64,000 nt of DNA, taken from IMG/VR virus record IMGVR_UViG_3300027971_000029, positions 1 through 64,000 of that record; one strand, 5' to 3'. Positions within the stretch are counted from its first letter, which is position 1, and the number at the start of each line of letters is the position of its first letter. The position numbers and the translations under genes are program-made. The notes beneath the pieces were generated by a model that was not told the DNA's origin, did no database searches, and saw only the letters and a program-made list of their open reading frames with translations. The stretch comes from a virus. Its lineage: Duplodnaviria; Caudoviricetes. This document shows, one piece after another, positions 39,726 to 49,080 of the stretch.

Positions 39726-40105
39726 TATTTTTTCGCTACTTGAGTTGTAATAATTTCACTAGGTGGTCTAGGTCTGTCTGCTAATTTTGCGGGTGTTCTT
39801 GGGTCGTTGAAACCCTTACTTGAGTTTGCTGGTTGTTGAGGAATACCAGGAACAATACCAAGCATCATTGGATATTGTGCATCTTCACCATCTGCAAAGA
39901 AACCAAAAACCATATCACCTTCTTCTGCCCTATTGTATGGACCAAAATCTAATGAATGTATTGGATGTGCCCACGGCAAGTCTGTTGTTGGCACTTCTGT
40001 TTTTTCTGCGGAATGATATCCTGCTACACGAACTCGGCAACGAAATAGTTGCAATGGGTCTTCGATATCTTCAACGACACCGAACCAAAATTTAATATCT
40101 TTCAT
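39725..40105 (-). CDS. gp5: Baseplate spike, N-terminal OB-fold part
   Basis: WFGVVEDIEDP...RCRVRVAGYH...LPWA...VFGFFADG..AQYP...GFNDP. Confidence 0.88.
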   Translation of the reverse strand: MKDIKFWFGVVEDIEDPLQLFRCRVRVAGYHSAEKTEVPTTDLPWAHPIHSLDFGPYNRAEEGDMVFGFFADGEDAQYPMMLGIVPGIPQQPANSSKGFNDPRTPAKLADRPRPPSEIITTQVAKK

Positions 40106-41385
40106 TACTTAGGTATCTTTTTCAAGGAGTCTTTCACCAATTCAATAACACACACATGACTATCACGCTTCATTATATGCCTCACAGCAGTAATCAAATA
40201 ATTTCCAGAATTCAAAACATCTTCGTCTTTTATAACTGGCGCCTTATTCAATGAAACTTCAGGTGCTATAAATTCAACAACAGCACCTGCTGTAAATTCC
40301 ATACTTCCTGGAATCGTCAATGATAACTTCTGCATATTTAACCCACCTAAAAACATAGGTCTTTGAAGATACCATTTCTCAATGTCATTGGGTTTTGGAC
40401 CAGGACCATATGTTATCTTATCACAATCTTTTGTAGATAGTTGTAATGATTGAACACTTCTGGTTGGTGTAGATGGACCACTGAATGTGTCACTATGTGG
40501 ATTTATTTTATTCAAATGTTTTGTGCTACTAAAAAATCCATTTGACTCTAAAGTTGTTTCTGCAATTACTTGTGTCAAAGGATTGACTGTCACTAATGTT
40601 GAACCTGCATATCCATTTGATACCAAATTTAAAACATCGAATGAATTTGAAAATCTATAATTCTCTCCACCATCAGATTCTTCTTCAGGTAAAGATGGTT
40701 TTGCTTTTGGCGCCAAAGCCGGCTCAGCAATTTTTTTGATTGTGGCATGTAATTTTCGTACAGCCTTTTTTTGCACCAAATTTTCTAATGATACAAAATT
40801 GAATCCCACGAATGTTTCAAAAAACAAATAAGTTGAGCCTGCACTCAGTGGAGATATCGCTCTCTTTGACAACCAATTGATTGCTTTGAACGGTGTCATA
40901 AATGGAATTACAATATCATAAATTCCTGCGGTAGGTTCAATATTCTTAACTTCAGCACCAAGTCTTTTTTCGGCAACATTTTTTACCATTTCACTTATTT
41001 TTCTACCACTGTATGATTTCGAAAACATCTCAGTCTTGAACATTTCTTCACCGCAAAAATAAAGAATGTAATTTTCATTAGTGTCGCTTTGTTTCACTCG
41101 GTCACTCATTTTATAAATTCGATATTTTTTCTTGTATGTTGTTTTATGAGATGGTTTTGTAAATACAATTGAAATGGATTCATAACCGGCAAGAGGTAAT
41201 TTATTAATCAAATTATTACTGTCACTCAACAGAATATTGCCAGTTAATACATTGTTGTAGATATCTTCAAATATGTTTAACTCAAACAGAATACCTCTAA
41301 CATCAATTTTGCGACCATTGCCTGCTATTAAAATACATTCATTCAATTCAAAGTCATATGAATTGACCATTCCATCAGTTGCCAT
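40105..41385 (-). CDS. Baseplate hub / tail protein (gp27-like)
   Basis: LNIFEDI, PFKAINWL, YLFFET, SGNYLITAVRH, ELVKDS; lies between gp53 and gp5. Confidence 0.75.
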   Translation of the reverse strand: MATDGMVNSYDFELNECILIAGNGRKIDVRGILFELNIFEDIYNNVLTGNILLSDSNNLINKLPLAGYESISIVFTKPSHKTTYKKKYRIYKMSDRVKQSDTNENYILYFCGEEMFKTEMFSKSYSGRKISEMVKNVAEKRLGAEVKNIEPTAGIYDIVIPFMTPFKAINWLSKRAISPLSAGSTYLFFETFVGFNFVSLENLVQKKAVRKLHATIKKIAEPALAPKAKPSLPEEESDGGENYRFSNSFDVLNLVSNGYAGSTLVTVNPLTQVIAETTLESNGFFSSTKHLNKINPHSDTFSGPSTPTRSVQSLQLSTKDCDKITYGPGPKPNDIEKWYLQRPMFLGGLNMQKLSLTIPGSMEFTAGAVVEFIAPEVSLNKAPVIKDEDVLNSGNYLITAVRHIMKRDSHVCVIELVKDSLKKIPK

Positions 41386-41386
41386 A

Positions 41387-42040
41387 TTAAGTGTTTTCCA
41401 ATAAGTCTTCTAATTCTCTAATAATCTGACCAGTGTAGTCTTTCTTTAAAAGATAAATTGTTCGTTTCTCTTCGTTTAGATTTTCTTCATATTCATAAGA
41501 ATAAACAACATTTCTTGTTGTGGTTTGTGTTACTACGGGTCCACCAGGCAAAGTTGCCTCAACAGGAACCATATTGACAAGAGTCGCATATTCAGTAGCA
41601 TCACTTGGTAACACTGTTCGTGAAGACTCTCCAAATGTGGTACTTGTAGTTATGATTTTTTCATAATGATGAACTGTTGTTTTGGATAATTCAATGCTAC
41701 CATATTTTGATTTAATGAATCTTTGGAAACTAATATAGTCTTTAGGCCAATCTAAAACTGGGTCTAGAATATTATTGAACAAAGTTATAAACCAATACAA
41801 ATCGGCAGAGCCATAAAGTTTGTGTGCAATTATTTCTGGTCTGTCACCATCTTTAATTTGATACTTATAAAAGATGTGAGTGTTTCTACGCAGAAAATCA
41901 CGAAAATCAATTCTCTGATTATCATAGTATAGTGTAACTCTGGTAAAGATATTGCTGACAACATCTACAGTTTTCTCTTTTTGGTCTGCGTTTAAATTGT
42001 AACCAATTAGAGGAAATTTTTCGAAATAAGCAATTGCCAT
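41387..42040 (-). CDS. gp53: Baseplate wedge protein
   Basis: YFEKFP, IKDGDRPEIIAHKLYG, NNILDP..DWP, YEYEENLNEEKR.I. Confidence 0.92.
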   Translation of the reverse strand: MAIAYFEKFPLIGYNLNADQKEKTVDVVSNIFTRVTLYYDNQRIDFRDFLRRNTHIFYKYQIKDGDRPEIIAHKLYGSADLYWFITLFNNILDPVLDWPKDYISFQRFIKSKYGSIELSKTTVHHYEKIITTSTTFGESSRTVLPSDATEYATLVNMVPVEATLPGGPVVTQTTTRNVVYSYEYEENLNEEKRTIYLLKKDYTGQIIRELEDLLENT

Positions 42041-43029
42041 TAGTATCCCTCTTTGACTTTTTCTTTGGTGATGAATTCCAACTCTTTGAATGACAGTTGC
42101 AAACGAATGTATACTGGCATACCATCTTTGAATGTTATATAACCATTAGGTGCATAATCGACATTCAATCTGTCTAAAACACAACTTGATATTCTTCCTA
42201 AATTTTTATTTGAAAATCCAATATCAAAAGTAGCTGGTGGTACAAAGTAACGACCACTATATCCACCTAAGATTTCTGGTGCTGAGTGAAATTTTAATGC
42301 ACCAATAATGTCGATAACATTTTTTGCTTCTTTAGATGATTTTGGTGCAAATGTAAAGTCGAATTGAAATGCTCTTAGTTTAGGTGAAACATACAAAACT
42401 TCAATTTGAGGATTTACTGCATAACCAGTAAGACCCATAGCAATTTGTGTTTTGGCACCACCACCCATCGCTTCGCCAGCGGCTTCAGCGGCCGCTGGAA
42501 GTAGACTTGTTAATACTCCACCTTTTTGTCCATTCTGTACATTATCAGTTTTTGAGAATGCGCCTGTGATACCTTGAGCCGCTTGAAGAGCAACACCAAG
42601 TTCGTCAGTCAAACTTACTTCTTTCCAATCTTGTGAAAAATCCCATGTTAGTGTGTCTGGCATATGCAATCTGATTGACTGAGTAATTCTATTTGTCTTC
42701 TGTCCTAAACTTAAAGCGGGAGCCGCACCTTCAACTTTCTCACCATCACCACCACCTTTACTTCCTCCAATTTCAACTACTGTCGTAACATCTCGACCGG
42801 CTGCCGCTGCCGCAACTTTGTTATCACCCGCCTGACCACGACTTCCAGTATATGCAGTTCCTGCACCAGCAGTGAATCTCGACTTACCTTGAATGTTTAT
42901 GCCGATGCTAAAGAAATGAGAGTTACCACCACCGCCCAAATCAGCAGGGTAAGTTTTACTTTCAAAAGCAAAAGGTTGCTCCTCAATCGGAGATGCTGGA
43001 CCTGAGGCTGTAGTTGGTTCAATTGCCAT
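42040..43029 (-). CDS. gp48: Baseplate tail-tube cap
   Basis: IRLHMP, VNPQIEVLY..P.LRAFQFDFTFAPKS..EA, V.YAP.G, LSFKELE. Confidence 0.85.
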   Translation of the reverse strand: MAIEPTTASGPASPIEEQPFAFESKTYPADLGGGGNSHFFSIGINIQGKSRFTAGAGTAYTGSRGQAGDNKVAAAAAGRDVTTVVEIGGSKGGGDGEKVEGAAPALSLGQKTNRITQSIRLHMPDTLTWDFSQDWKEVSLTDELGVALQAAQGITGAFSKTDNVQNGQKGGVLTSLLPAAAEAAGEAMGGGAKTQIAMGLTGYAVNPQIEVLYVSPKLRAFQFDFTFAPKSSKEAKNVIDIIGALKFHSAPEILGGYSGRYFVPPATFDIGFSNKNLGRISSCVLDRLNVDYAPNGYITFKDGMPVYIRLQLSFKELEFITKEKVKEGY

Positions 43030-43072
43030 TTTCTTGTTCTATTAGTAGATATATAAAAGATGAGTGATAAAC

Positions 43073-43080
43073 TATTTATA
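43073..43080 (-). promoter_or_regulatory. T4-type late promoter TATAAATA for the baseplate operon
   Basis: Exact consensus on the minus strand upstream of gp48; shares base 43080 with the ATG of divergent gp4. Confidence 0.7.
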
Positions 43081-43511
43081 TGGCATACAGAGGCAGATTC
43101 TACCCAAAACATCCTTTAAAGTATAAAGGTGATCCAAACAAAATCATATATCGTTCTTCATGGGAAGTTCGAGTGATGAAGTATTTGGATGAGAATGATG
43201 GTGTTGTCTGGTGGGCAAGTGAGGAAATGAATGTCAAGTACATCTCACCTGTTGATGGTCGTGTGCATAGATACTTTCCTGACTTTGTTGTTAAGGTAAG
43301 AAGGAAAGATAACTCTTCTACAATCTTCATGCTTGAAGTTAAACCTGAAGCACAAACTAAGTTAAGACAACCTAAAAGAGTCACTAAGCAATACATTAAT
43401 GAAGCGGCAACATACGCTGTTAATCAAGCTAAGTGGAAATATGCTGAAGAGTTCTGTAAAGACCATGGATGGGTATTCAGAGTGGTAACAGAGAAGGACT
43501 TAGGAATCTAA
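43080..43511 (+). CDS. gp4: Head completion nuclease
   Basis: KYKGDP..IIYRSSWE, HRYFPDF, EVKP, NQAKW. Confidence 0.92.
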   Translation: MAYRGRFYPKHPLKYKGDPNKIIYRSSWEVRVMKYLDENDGVVWWASEEMNVKYISPVDGRVHRYFPDFVVKVRRKDNSSTIFMLEVKPEAQTKLRQPKRVTKQYINEAATYAVNQAKWKYAEEFCKDHGWVFRVVTEKDLGI

Positions 43512-43596
43512 TTAACTTCAAACCGGACACAGTTACTTATAAGATGGGTATCAGTCAGACCAGGCAATGATGTTATCAATGTGGTTACAATGTGAG

Positions 43597-43604
43597 TATA
43601 AATA
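43597..43604 (+). promoter_or_regulatory. T4-type late promoter TATAAATA
   Basis: Exact consensus 5 nt before the ATG at 43610, implying a near-leaderless mRNA. Confidence 0.75.
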
Positions 43605-43609
43605 GTCTT

Positions 43610-44188
43610 ATGGCATATCTAATTGACAGAATCAATCAACAACTAGCAAAAGAGGGTATCAAGCCAAGAACTGATGCCGCTCGGGCATGGTTACGCCAAG
43701 AGGTCGCTAATCTAAATCCTAGTCGTTCAGCAATGATGCGAGACCGTGAAAAGTTGCGTAATAGAACAATGATTGGTAGAATGTACTTTTATTTTTACGA
43801 CCCTAAACATAAAGCTACACTACCATACTACGATAGATTTCCTCTTGTTTTGCCAGTCGAAAGATATGCCGATGGATTCTTGGGATTGAATCTTCATTAC
43901 ATTCACCCAAAACAACGAATCATTTTACTTGACAAATTGAGTGACTTTGCGACAAATTCAAAATACGATGAAACAACTAGATTACGATTGACATATGCCA
44001 CATTGGCAAGTGCAACAAAAGCCTTTGAGGCTACACCGTGTATTAAGAGATATTTGTTTAATCATGTTGAAAGTAGATTTTTAGAAATTACAGCAGACAA
44101 ATGGGACATTGCCGCTCTATTACCATTCGAATACTTTGTTGGTGCAAGCAAGAGTAAAGTATTCAAAGACTCAAGGACAAAATTTTAA
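43610..44188 (+). CDS. gp2: DNA end protector protein
   Basis: GRMYFYFYDPKHK.TLPYYDRFPL, GLNLHY, PCIKRYL; start reassigned to MAYL. Confidence 0.93.
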   Translation: MAYLIDRINQQLAKEGIKPRTDAARAWLRQEVANLNPSRSAMMRDREKLRNRTMIGRMYFYFYDPKHKATLPYYDRFPLVLPVERYADGFLGLNLHYIHPKQRIILLDKLSDFATNSKYDETTRLRLTYATLASATKAFEATPCIKRYLFNHVESRFLEITADKWDIAALLPFEYFVGASKSKVFKDSRTKF

Positions 44189-44922
44189 TGTTATCAGAAT
44201 TCTTAGCAGATATAAATTCAAAAAGTTATTCAAAGGCCAGTCACTTTGATGTTAGATTTCAATTGCCGGGGGCACTTGCATCTGGTGCTGGACAAGGTGG
44301 CGGCGGATTAATATCAAATAGAGATATTGCAATTCGATGCGAATCTGCTGATTTGCCAGGAAGACAATTAGTTACCATAGACAACAAAGTTTATGGACCA
44401 ATTTATAAAACTGCCTATCAATCTCTTTTCACTGATTTGAATTTAACTTTTTTAGAAACTAAAGATATGGATTTCAGATATGCTTTTGAGCGATGGATGG
44501 AATATATTCATCCAACTCTTGGAAGTAACGATGTTGAATACTATGATAGTTACACTGTGCCTATGACCATCACTCAATATGATATAGTTGGTGATATGAA
44601 TATTACAAGATATAAAGATAAATTAGTAGGTACCAAATATAAGAAGACTTTAACATATGGCATTATTGAAGCATTCCCAGTAAATATTAATCAATTGACT
44701 GGTTCATGGTCGGATGATGGTTTTCATAAATTACAAGTGTCTTTTGCATATCGAAGACATGTAATAGTTCAAGAAAAAGTGCCAGGTTTGCAAAACAGAA
44801 TACCACCAGCACCAGTTACTTCAGCACCTATAGCAGGAAGTGGTGCGGCAGGAAAACCACCAATCTTAGCATTCAATTTGCAAGGATTTCAACTTAATCG
44901 AAATATTGAAGATAATGCTTAA
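44188..44922 (+). CDS. Tail tube-like / baseplate-tube initiator (gp54/gp19-like)
   Basis: RCESADLPGR, FERWM, VEYYD.Y, AFPVNI, KLQVSFAY. Confidence 0.75.
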   Translation: MLSEFLADINSKSYSKASHFDVRFQLPGALASGAGQGGGGLISNRDIAIRCESADLPGRQLVTIDNKVYGPIYKTAYQSLFTDLNLTFLETKDMDFRYAFERWMEYIHPTLGSNDVEYYDSYTVPMTITQYDIVGDMNITRYKDKLVGTKYKKTLTYGIIEAFPVNINQLTGSWSDDGFHKLQVSFAYRRHVIVQEKVPGLQNRIPPAPVTSAPIAGSGAAGKPPILAFNLQGFQLNRNIEDNA

Positions 44923-44952
44923 TTATAAACTGAAATGAGGAGACTTTAAACT

Positions 44953-45675
44953 ATGGCTTTACCAAAAATTGATGTGCCTATATTTGAGATGACTTTGCCT
45001 TCAACAGCCAAGTCAATCAGATATAGACCTTTTCTTGTAAAAGAAGAGAAAATATTATTGATTGCAATGCAATCCAAAGAATCGAGTGTGATGATTGAAG
45101 CAGTAAAACAAATCATCAGTAACTGCGTTGTTGATGATATCGATGTCGATGATTTATCATTGTTCGATATTGAATATCTGTTTTTAAATCTTCGTGCGAG
45201 GTCCATTGGAGAAAAGGTAGATTTGAGATATCGATGCAACAATATTGTAGATGATGCTAAGTGTAATTTTGTTTCTGAGTATCAAGTTGACTTGTTGACT
45301 ATCAGACCAAAATTTACTGAAGGTCACACAAACAAAATTCAATTGACTGATAAGATTGGTGTGTTGATGACATATCCGAAATTCACAACATTCTCAAAAG
45401 CAACCAAATTAGAAACTAATGATGAGACTGCTTTCGATATTGTTTTAGATTCTATTGAAGCGGTCTATGATGATGAAGAAGTATATTATGCAAAAGATAC
45501 GAGCAAGCAAGAGATGAGAGAATTTATTGATTCTTTGTCCACAGAGCATCTTGTGAAACTTGAACAATTTTTTGATACTATGCCAAAGATAGAAGAACAT
45601 GTTCATTTCAATTGTCCAAAATGTAACCATGAAGACGATATTATCGTCAAAGGTTTAGAAAGTTTTTTCGTTTAG
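44953..45675 (+). CDS. gp26: Baseplate hub assembly chaperone
   Basis: MALPKI, YRPFLVKEEKILL, FDIEYLFL.LRARSIGE, FF.TMP, CxxC, GLESFF. Confidence 0.9.
   Translation: MALPKIDVPIFEMTLPSTAKSIRYRPFLVKEEKILLIAMQSKESSVMIEAVKQIISNCVVDDIDVDDLSLFDIEYLFLNLRARSIGEKVDLRYRCNNIVDDAKCNFVSEYQVDLLTIRPKFTEGHTNKIQLTDKIGVLMTYPKFTTFSKATKLETNDETAFDIVLDSIEAVYDDEEVYYAKDTSKQEMREFIDSLSTEHLVKLEQFFDTMPKIEEHVHFNCPKCNHEDDIIVKGLESFFV
45663..45669 (+). other. Candidate -1 ribosomal frameshift slippery site T TTT TTC
   Basis: In the gp26 frame, AGT TTT TTC GTT TAG; the -1 frame stays open through the gp51-like ORF to 45866. Confidence 0.65.
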
Positions 45676-45707
45676 CGTTTGGTTATGATACTCTTCAAAA
45701 CTATTTT

Positions 45708-45866
45708 ATGGTAAACTTTGCTATGATGCAACACCACAAATATAGTCTGACTGAGTTGGAAAGTATGTTACCTTGGGAGAGAGTAATATATGTCAGTTTA
45801 CTGAGCCAGCACATTCAGGAAGAGAATGAAAAAATTAAACAACTCAATGCACAAAGAAGAAGATAA
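45708..45866 (+). CDS. gp51: gp51-like hub assembly protein (possibly the frameshifted extension of gp26)
   Basis: Not in the ORF track. MVNFAMMQHHKYSLTELESMLPWERVIYVSLL...; its stop overlaps the next ATG (TAATG). Confidence 0.8.
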   Translation: MVNFAMMQHHKYSLTELESMLPWERVIYVSLLSQHIQEENEKIKQLNAQRRR

Positions 45867-48800
45867 TGGCAGAAAAAGCAATTAAAGTAGAACTATCCGA
45901 AGAAGATAGAAAAATACTTCTCGCCCAGAAAAAGGCGTTATCCGATATTCTGAAACCAGAAAAGAAGAGCAAGGGTATTGGCGCTATGGCTGCCGAAATG
46001 ATTCTTTCTGGAGAAAAGTCTTCTGTCATAGGTGCATTGGGTTCAGCAACCAAACAAAAAGCTACAGAATCTCTCCAAAATAAAACTGAACAACTTAAAG
46101 ATAAATTCGACCCACTAAACATAATTCACAGTATGTTTGGTGGCGGTGGTTTTGGTAGTGTTATGACTGCCGCCATTGGAAAAAGTATGGGTCGAGATGA
46201 AGATGATGTTCGTAAATTTGCAAGATTGGATCCAGCTGAAGATAGACCAGATGATGGTACCCCATCACAAATGCCAAGTGGTGAGGGTGGTGAAAAGAGC
46301 AATACCATGTTATCAGAAATGTTGAAGTATGTTATAAAAATTTCTGAAGACATTAGAGGATTAAAAGATTCTTCAAAAAATCAAGAAGGCCTTTTTAAAG
46401 ACCAAATTGAACTAGATGGAAAACAATTAAATCTAGAAGAGAAACAACTTGATGCCGCCAATGAAGCAAAATATGAGGCCGAGTTTGCAAAGAAAAAACC
46501 TACACCAGTGGGTGAAGATGGAAAAGATAAAAAAGAGACTAAAGAAGAAAAAGGATTCTTATCATCATTGTTAGGATTTGCTAGTGCATTGCGTATGATA
46601 GTAAGTGGTCCTTTCAAAGCCTTTGCCGCAATTTTAGGATTTGCATTATCACCTCTTCGTGCATTAGGAAAACTGCTCGGTGGTCCTTTATTGCGAGGTC
46701 TTGCGGCGGTTGGTGCCGCAGCACTTCCAGCCGCAAGAGCAATTGGTGCAAAAGCACTTGAGTATGGTGGTAAAGCAGTGACTGCCGCAACACCATATGT
46801 AAAAGCCGCAGGAGCAAAAGCACTTGAGTATGGTGGTAAAGCCTTAGAGGTCGGTAAATCAGTTGGTCGTTCAGCATTATCATATGCGGCAGAAAAAGCA
46901 CCACAACTAGTTGAAGGCGCTAAAGCATTTGGTAGTAAAGCACTTGATGTTGGTAAAAACATCGGCGCTAAAGTAGCAGAAAAAGCACCAGGTATTATAG
47001 AGGGTGTTAAGACTATGGGTGGTAAAGCACTAGAAGGTGCAAAATCACTTGGCGGTAAAGCATTGGAATCTGTAGGTCTTAAAGCCGCCGCACCAAAACC
47101 AGGATTTTTAACAGCGTTTGGTGAAGTGGGTGCAAAACGAGCCGCTGCCGCTGGTGCTGAGACAGCAGGTAAAGAAGGTATTGCCGCACTGATTAAAAAA
47201 GCGATTGCAAAAAGAGTTCCTAAAGCAGTTGGTTCTGCACTTGGAAAATCAGTACCATTTTTGGGTGCCGCTATTGGTGTTGGTTTTGCTCTTAGTCGTT
47301 TGATGGATGGTGATGTTGTTGGTGCTGGATTAGAAGCAGTCTCAGGTATTGGTTCTTTTGCTACAGCAATCCCTGCAACAATAGCACTTGTTGCAAAAGA
47401 TATCTATCAAGATGTTTATGGAGTTAAACCAGAATCAGACCCACAGTTTGGTGAGAGAATTGGATTGATTCAATCAGAAACTGAAGCCGCAGTGAAAGCA
47501 GAATTTGCTGGTAAGGTTGGAGAAGAAGAGAAAAAAGGCGGTGATAAAAAAGAGGGTGATAAAAAAGAGGGTGATAAAAAAGGCAATGCACCTGAAGAAA
47601 CAAAAGTTCCAGAAGCGCCTGAATTGAAAGGTGATACAAAGCAACAGGCTCAGCGTAAATCGGCTGAAGATACTGAATCTAGTATGAAACGCAATATGAT
47701 TACGGACAGAATCAACGCCGCAGGTGAAAACGCTAATGATCCTGATGTTCTCGCTGCCGCCGAAGAGTCGCTGAAACCAGGTTCGGAGGATTTTGAGACA
47801 GGATTAAAAAATCGTAGAAAAACAAAAACTGATGGAGGATTTAAACCAAAATCAGCACCATCACAAGTATCAAATTTAATGGACGGTGGTGGAGATGCTG
47901 TTGAACCTTTACCAGAAGAATCATCTGGAACAGGAGAAGACCTTGATGCTGAGTGGAATACAGATAATTATCCAACTATGTTTTATAGTTCATTTAAATT
48001 TGGGCAAGAAGACCCTGAGAATGCTAAAAAATATAACATATATCAAAGAACTCTTTCAGAAGAGTATGCATTGAAACGAGCAAAATCTTATGGTCGTGAT
48101 AAACCAAATCAAGATGATTATGATACAACTGGTGTGAAAGCATACAAAGATTCTTTATTGAAATTTCGTAAAGAACTTACGGCTTCAGGTGCGGCACTGT
48201 TTGGTGATGCACCTGCGGCAGAAGCGGCACCAGCAACTTCGCCATCACCTCCACCAGTAGAAGCACAATCAACACCACCACAAGAATCATCATCACAAGC
48301 GGCACCAACACCATTTGCATATTCAGCAACTCCAGAAGAAGATAACAATGATTATGCGGCGCCAGTAGAACCTGCGCCAGTAGAACCTTTACCAGCTGAT
48401 GCTTTTGAAACTGGTAAATTGGCTATAAAAGGTATGGTCAATAGTGCTGTAGATATGGACAAAGGTGCTCTTGCGCCTACGCAAGAAAAGGGAGAAAGAA
48501 CAGACTTCCAAATATCAACTCCACAAGGAACATTGATATTCCCAGACCAAGCTACTTTTGAGATGTGGAAACAAAAACCACAAAATGTAAGTTTTACTGA
48601 AATCCCTCAAGGGAAGTATGCACAAATAATAGAAGACCTTGGCTCTACAAAAGAAGAAAAGTTCAATGAGTCATTCCAAATATCAACACCACAAGGTACT
48701 CTGATATTCCCTGACCAAGCTACTTACAAAGAATGGCAGACTAATACACAAAATGTAGGGTTCACTCAAGGTCCTGAAGGGAAGTATGCTAAAACATTTG

Positions 48801-49033
48801 AATCTGCTGAATTGACACCAGCACGACCAACAACTGGTGAAAAAATGATGACTCAATCTAATGAAAATACTATGGCTAAGACAGAAGCAATGACTGGTGG
48901 TAACAATACAAACACTTCAATTGTGTCTGCACCAAAAGTTACAAATGCTACTAATGTAACGAATGCTCCAATCAATGTCAGAAACAGTGAGAACACATTC
49001 GTAAGAAATCAAGATAGAGTACACTATTTCTAA
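45866..49033 (+). CDS. Probable tape measure protein (gp29-like)
   Basis: 1055 aa; A/G/K-rich amphipathic ~11-residue repeats (GAKALEYGGKA); KSVPFLGAAIG segment; follows gp26/51. Confidence 0.7.
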   Translation: MAEKAIKVELSEEDRKILLAQKKALSDILKPEKKSKGIGAMAAEMILSGEKSSVIGALGSATKQKATESLQNKTEQLKDKFDPLNIIHSMFGGGGFGSVMTAAIGKSMGRDEDDVRKFARLDPAEDRPDDGTPSQMPSGEGGEKSNTMLSEMLKYVIKISEDIRGLKDSSKNQEGLFKDQIELDGKQLNLEEKQLDAANEAKYEAEFAKKKPTPVGEDGKDKKETKEEKGFLSSLLGFASALRMIVSGPFKAFAAILGFALSPLRALGKLLGGPLLRGLAAVGAAALPAARAIGAKALEYGGKAVTAATPYVKAAGAKALEYGGKALEVGKSVGRSALSYAAEKAPQLVEGAKAFGSKALDVGKNIGAKVAEKAPGIIEGVKTMGGKALEGAKSLGGKALESVGLKAAAPKPGFLTAFGEVGAKRAAAAGAETAGKEGIAALIKKAIAKRVPKAVGSALGKSVPFLGAAIGVGFALSRLMDGDVVGAGLEAVSGIGSFATAIPATIALVAKDIYQDVYGVKPESDPQFGERIGLIQSETEAAVKAEFAGKVGEEEKKGGDKKEGDKKEGDKKGNAPEETKVPEAPELKGDTKQQAQRKSAEDTESSMKRNMITDRINAAGENANDPDVLAAAEESLKPGSEDFETGLKNRRKTKTDGGFKPKSAPSQVSNLMDGGGDAVEPLPEESSGTGEDLDAEWNTDNYPTMFYSSFKFGQEDPENAKKYNIYQRTLSEEYALKRAKSYGRDKPNQDDYDTTGVKAYKDSLLKFRKELTASGAALFGDAPAAEAAPATSPSPPPVEAQSTPPQESSSQAAPTPFAYSATPEEDNNDYAAPVEPAPVEPLPADAFETGKLAIKGMVNSAVDMDKGALAPTQEKGERTDFQISTPQGTLIFPDQATFEMWKQKPQNVSFTEIPQGKYAQIIEDLGSTKEEKFNESFQISTPQGTLIFPDQATYKEWQTNTQNVGFTQGPEGKYAKTFESAELTPARPTTGEKMMTQSNENTMAKTEAMTGGNNTNTSIVSAPKVTNATNVTNAPINVRNSENTFVRNQDRVHYF
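47540..47582. repeat. 15-bp coding tandem repeat (GDKKE, ~3 copies)
   Basis: ggtgataaaaaagag repeated. Confidence 0.8.
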
Positions 49034-49060
49034 AAACAAAAAACCCCGCCTAGGCGGGGT
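49034..49060 (-). terminator. Rho-independent terminator between convergent tape measure and gp32
   Basis: ACCCCGC-CTAG-GCGGGGT hairpin with a T-run on the minus strand. Confidence 0.85.
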
Positions 49061-49080
49061 CAAACTTTTATAAAACTAGT

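Noticed and set aside
456-42125. Numerous plus-strand ORFs of 60-200 aa opposite the structural genes
   Set aside because: Antisense shadows of codon-biased genes, with no SD sequences or recognisable motifs.
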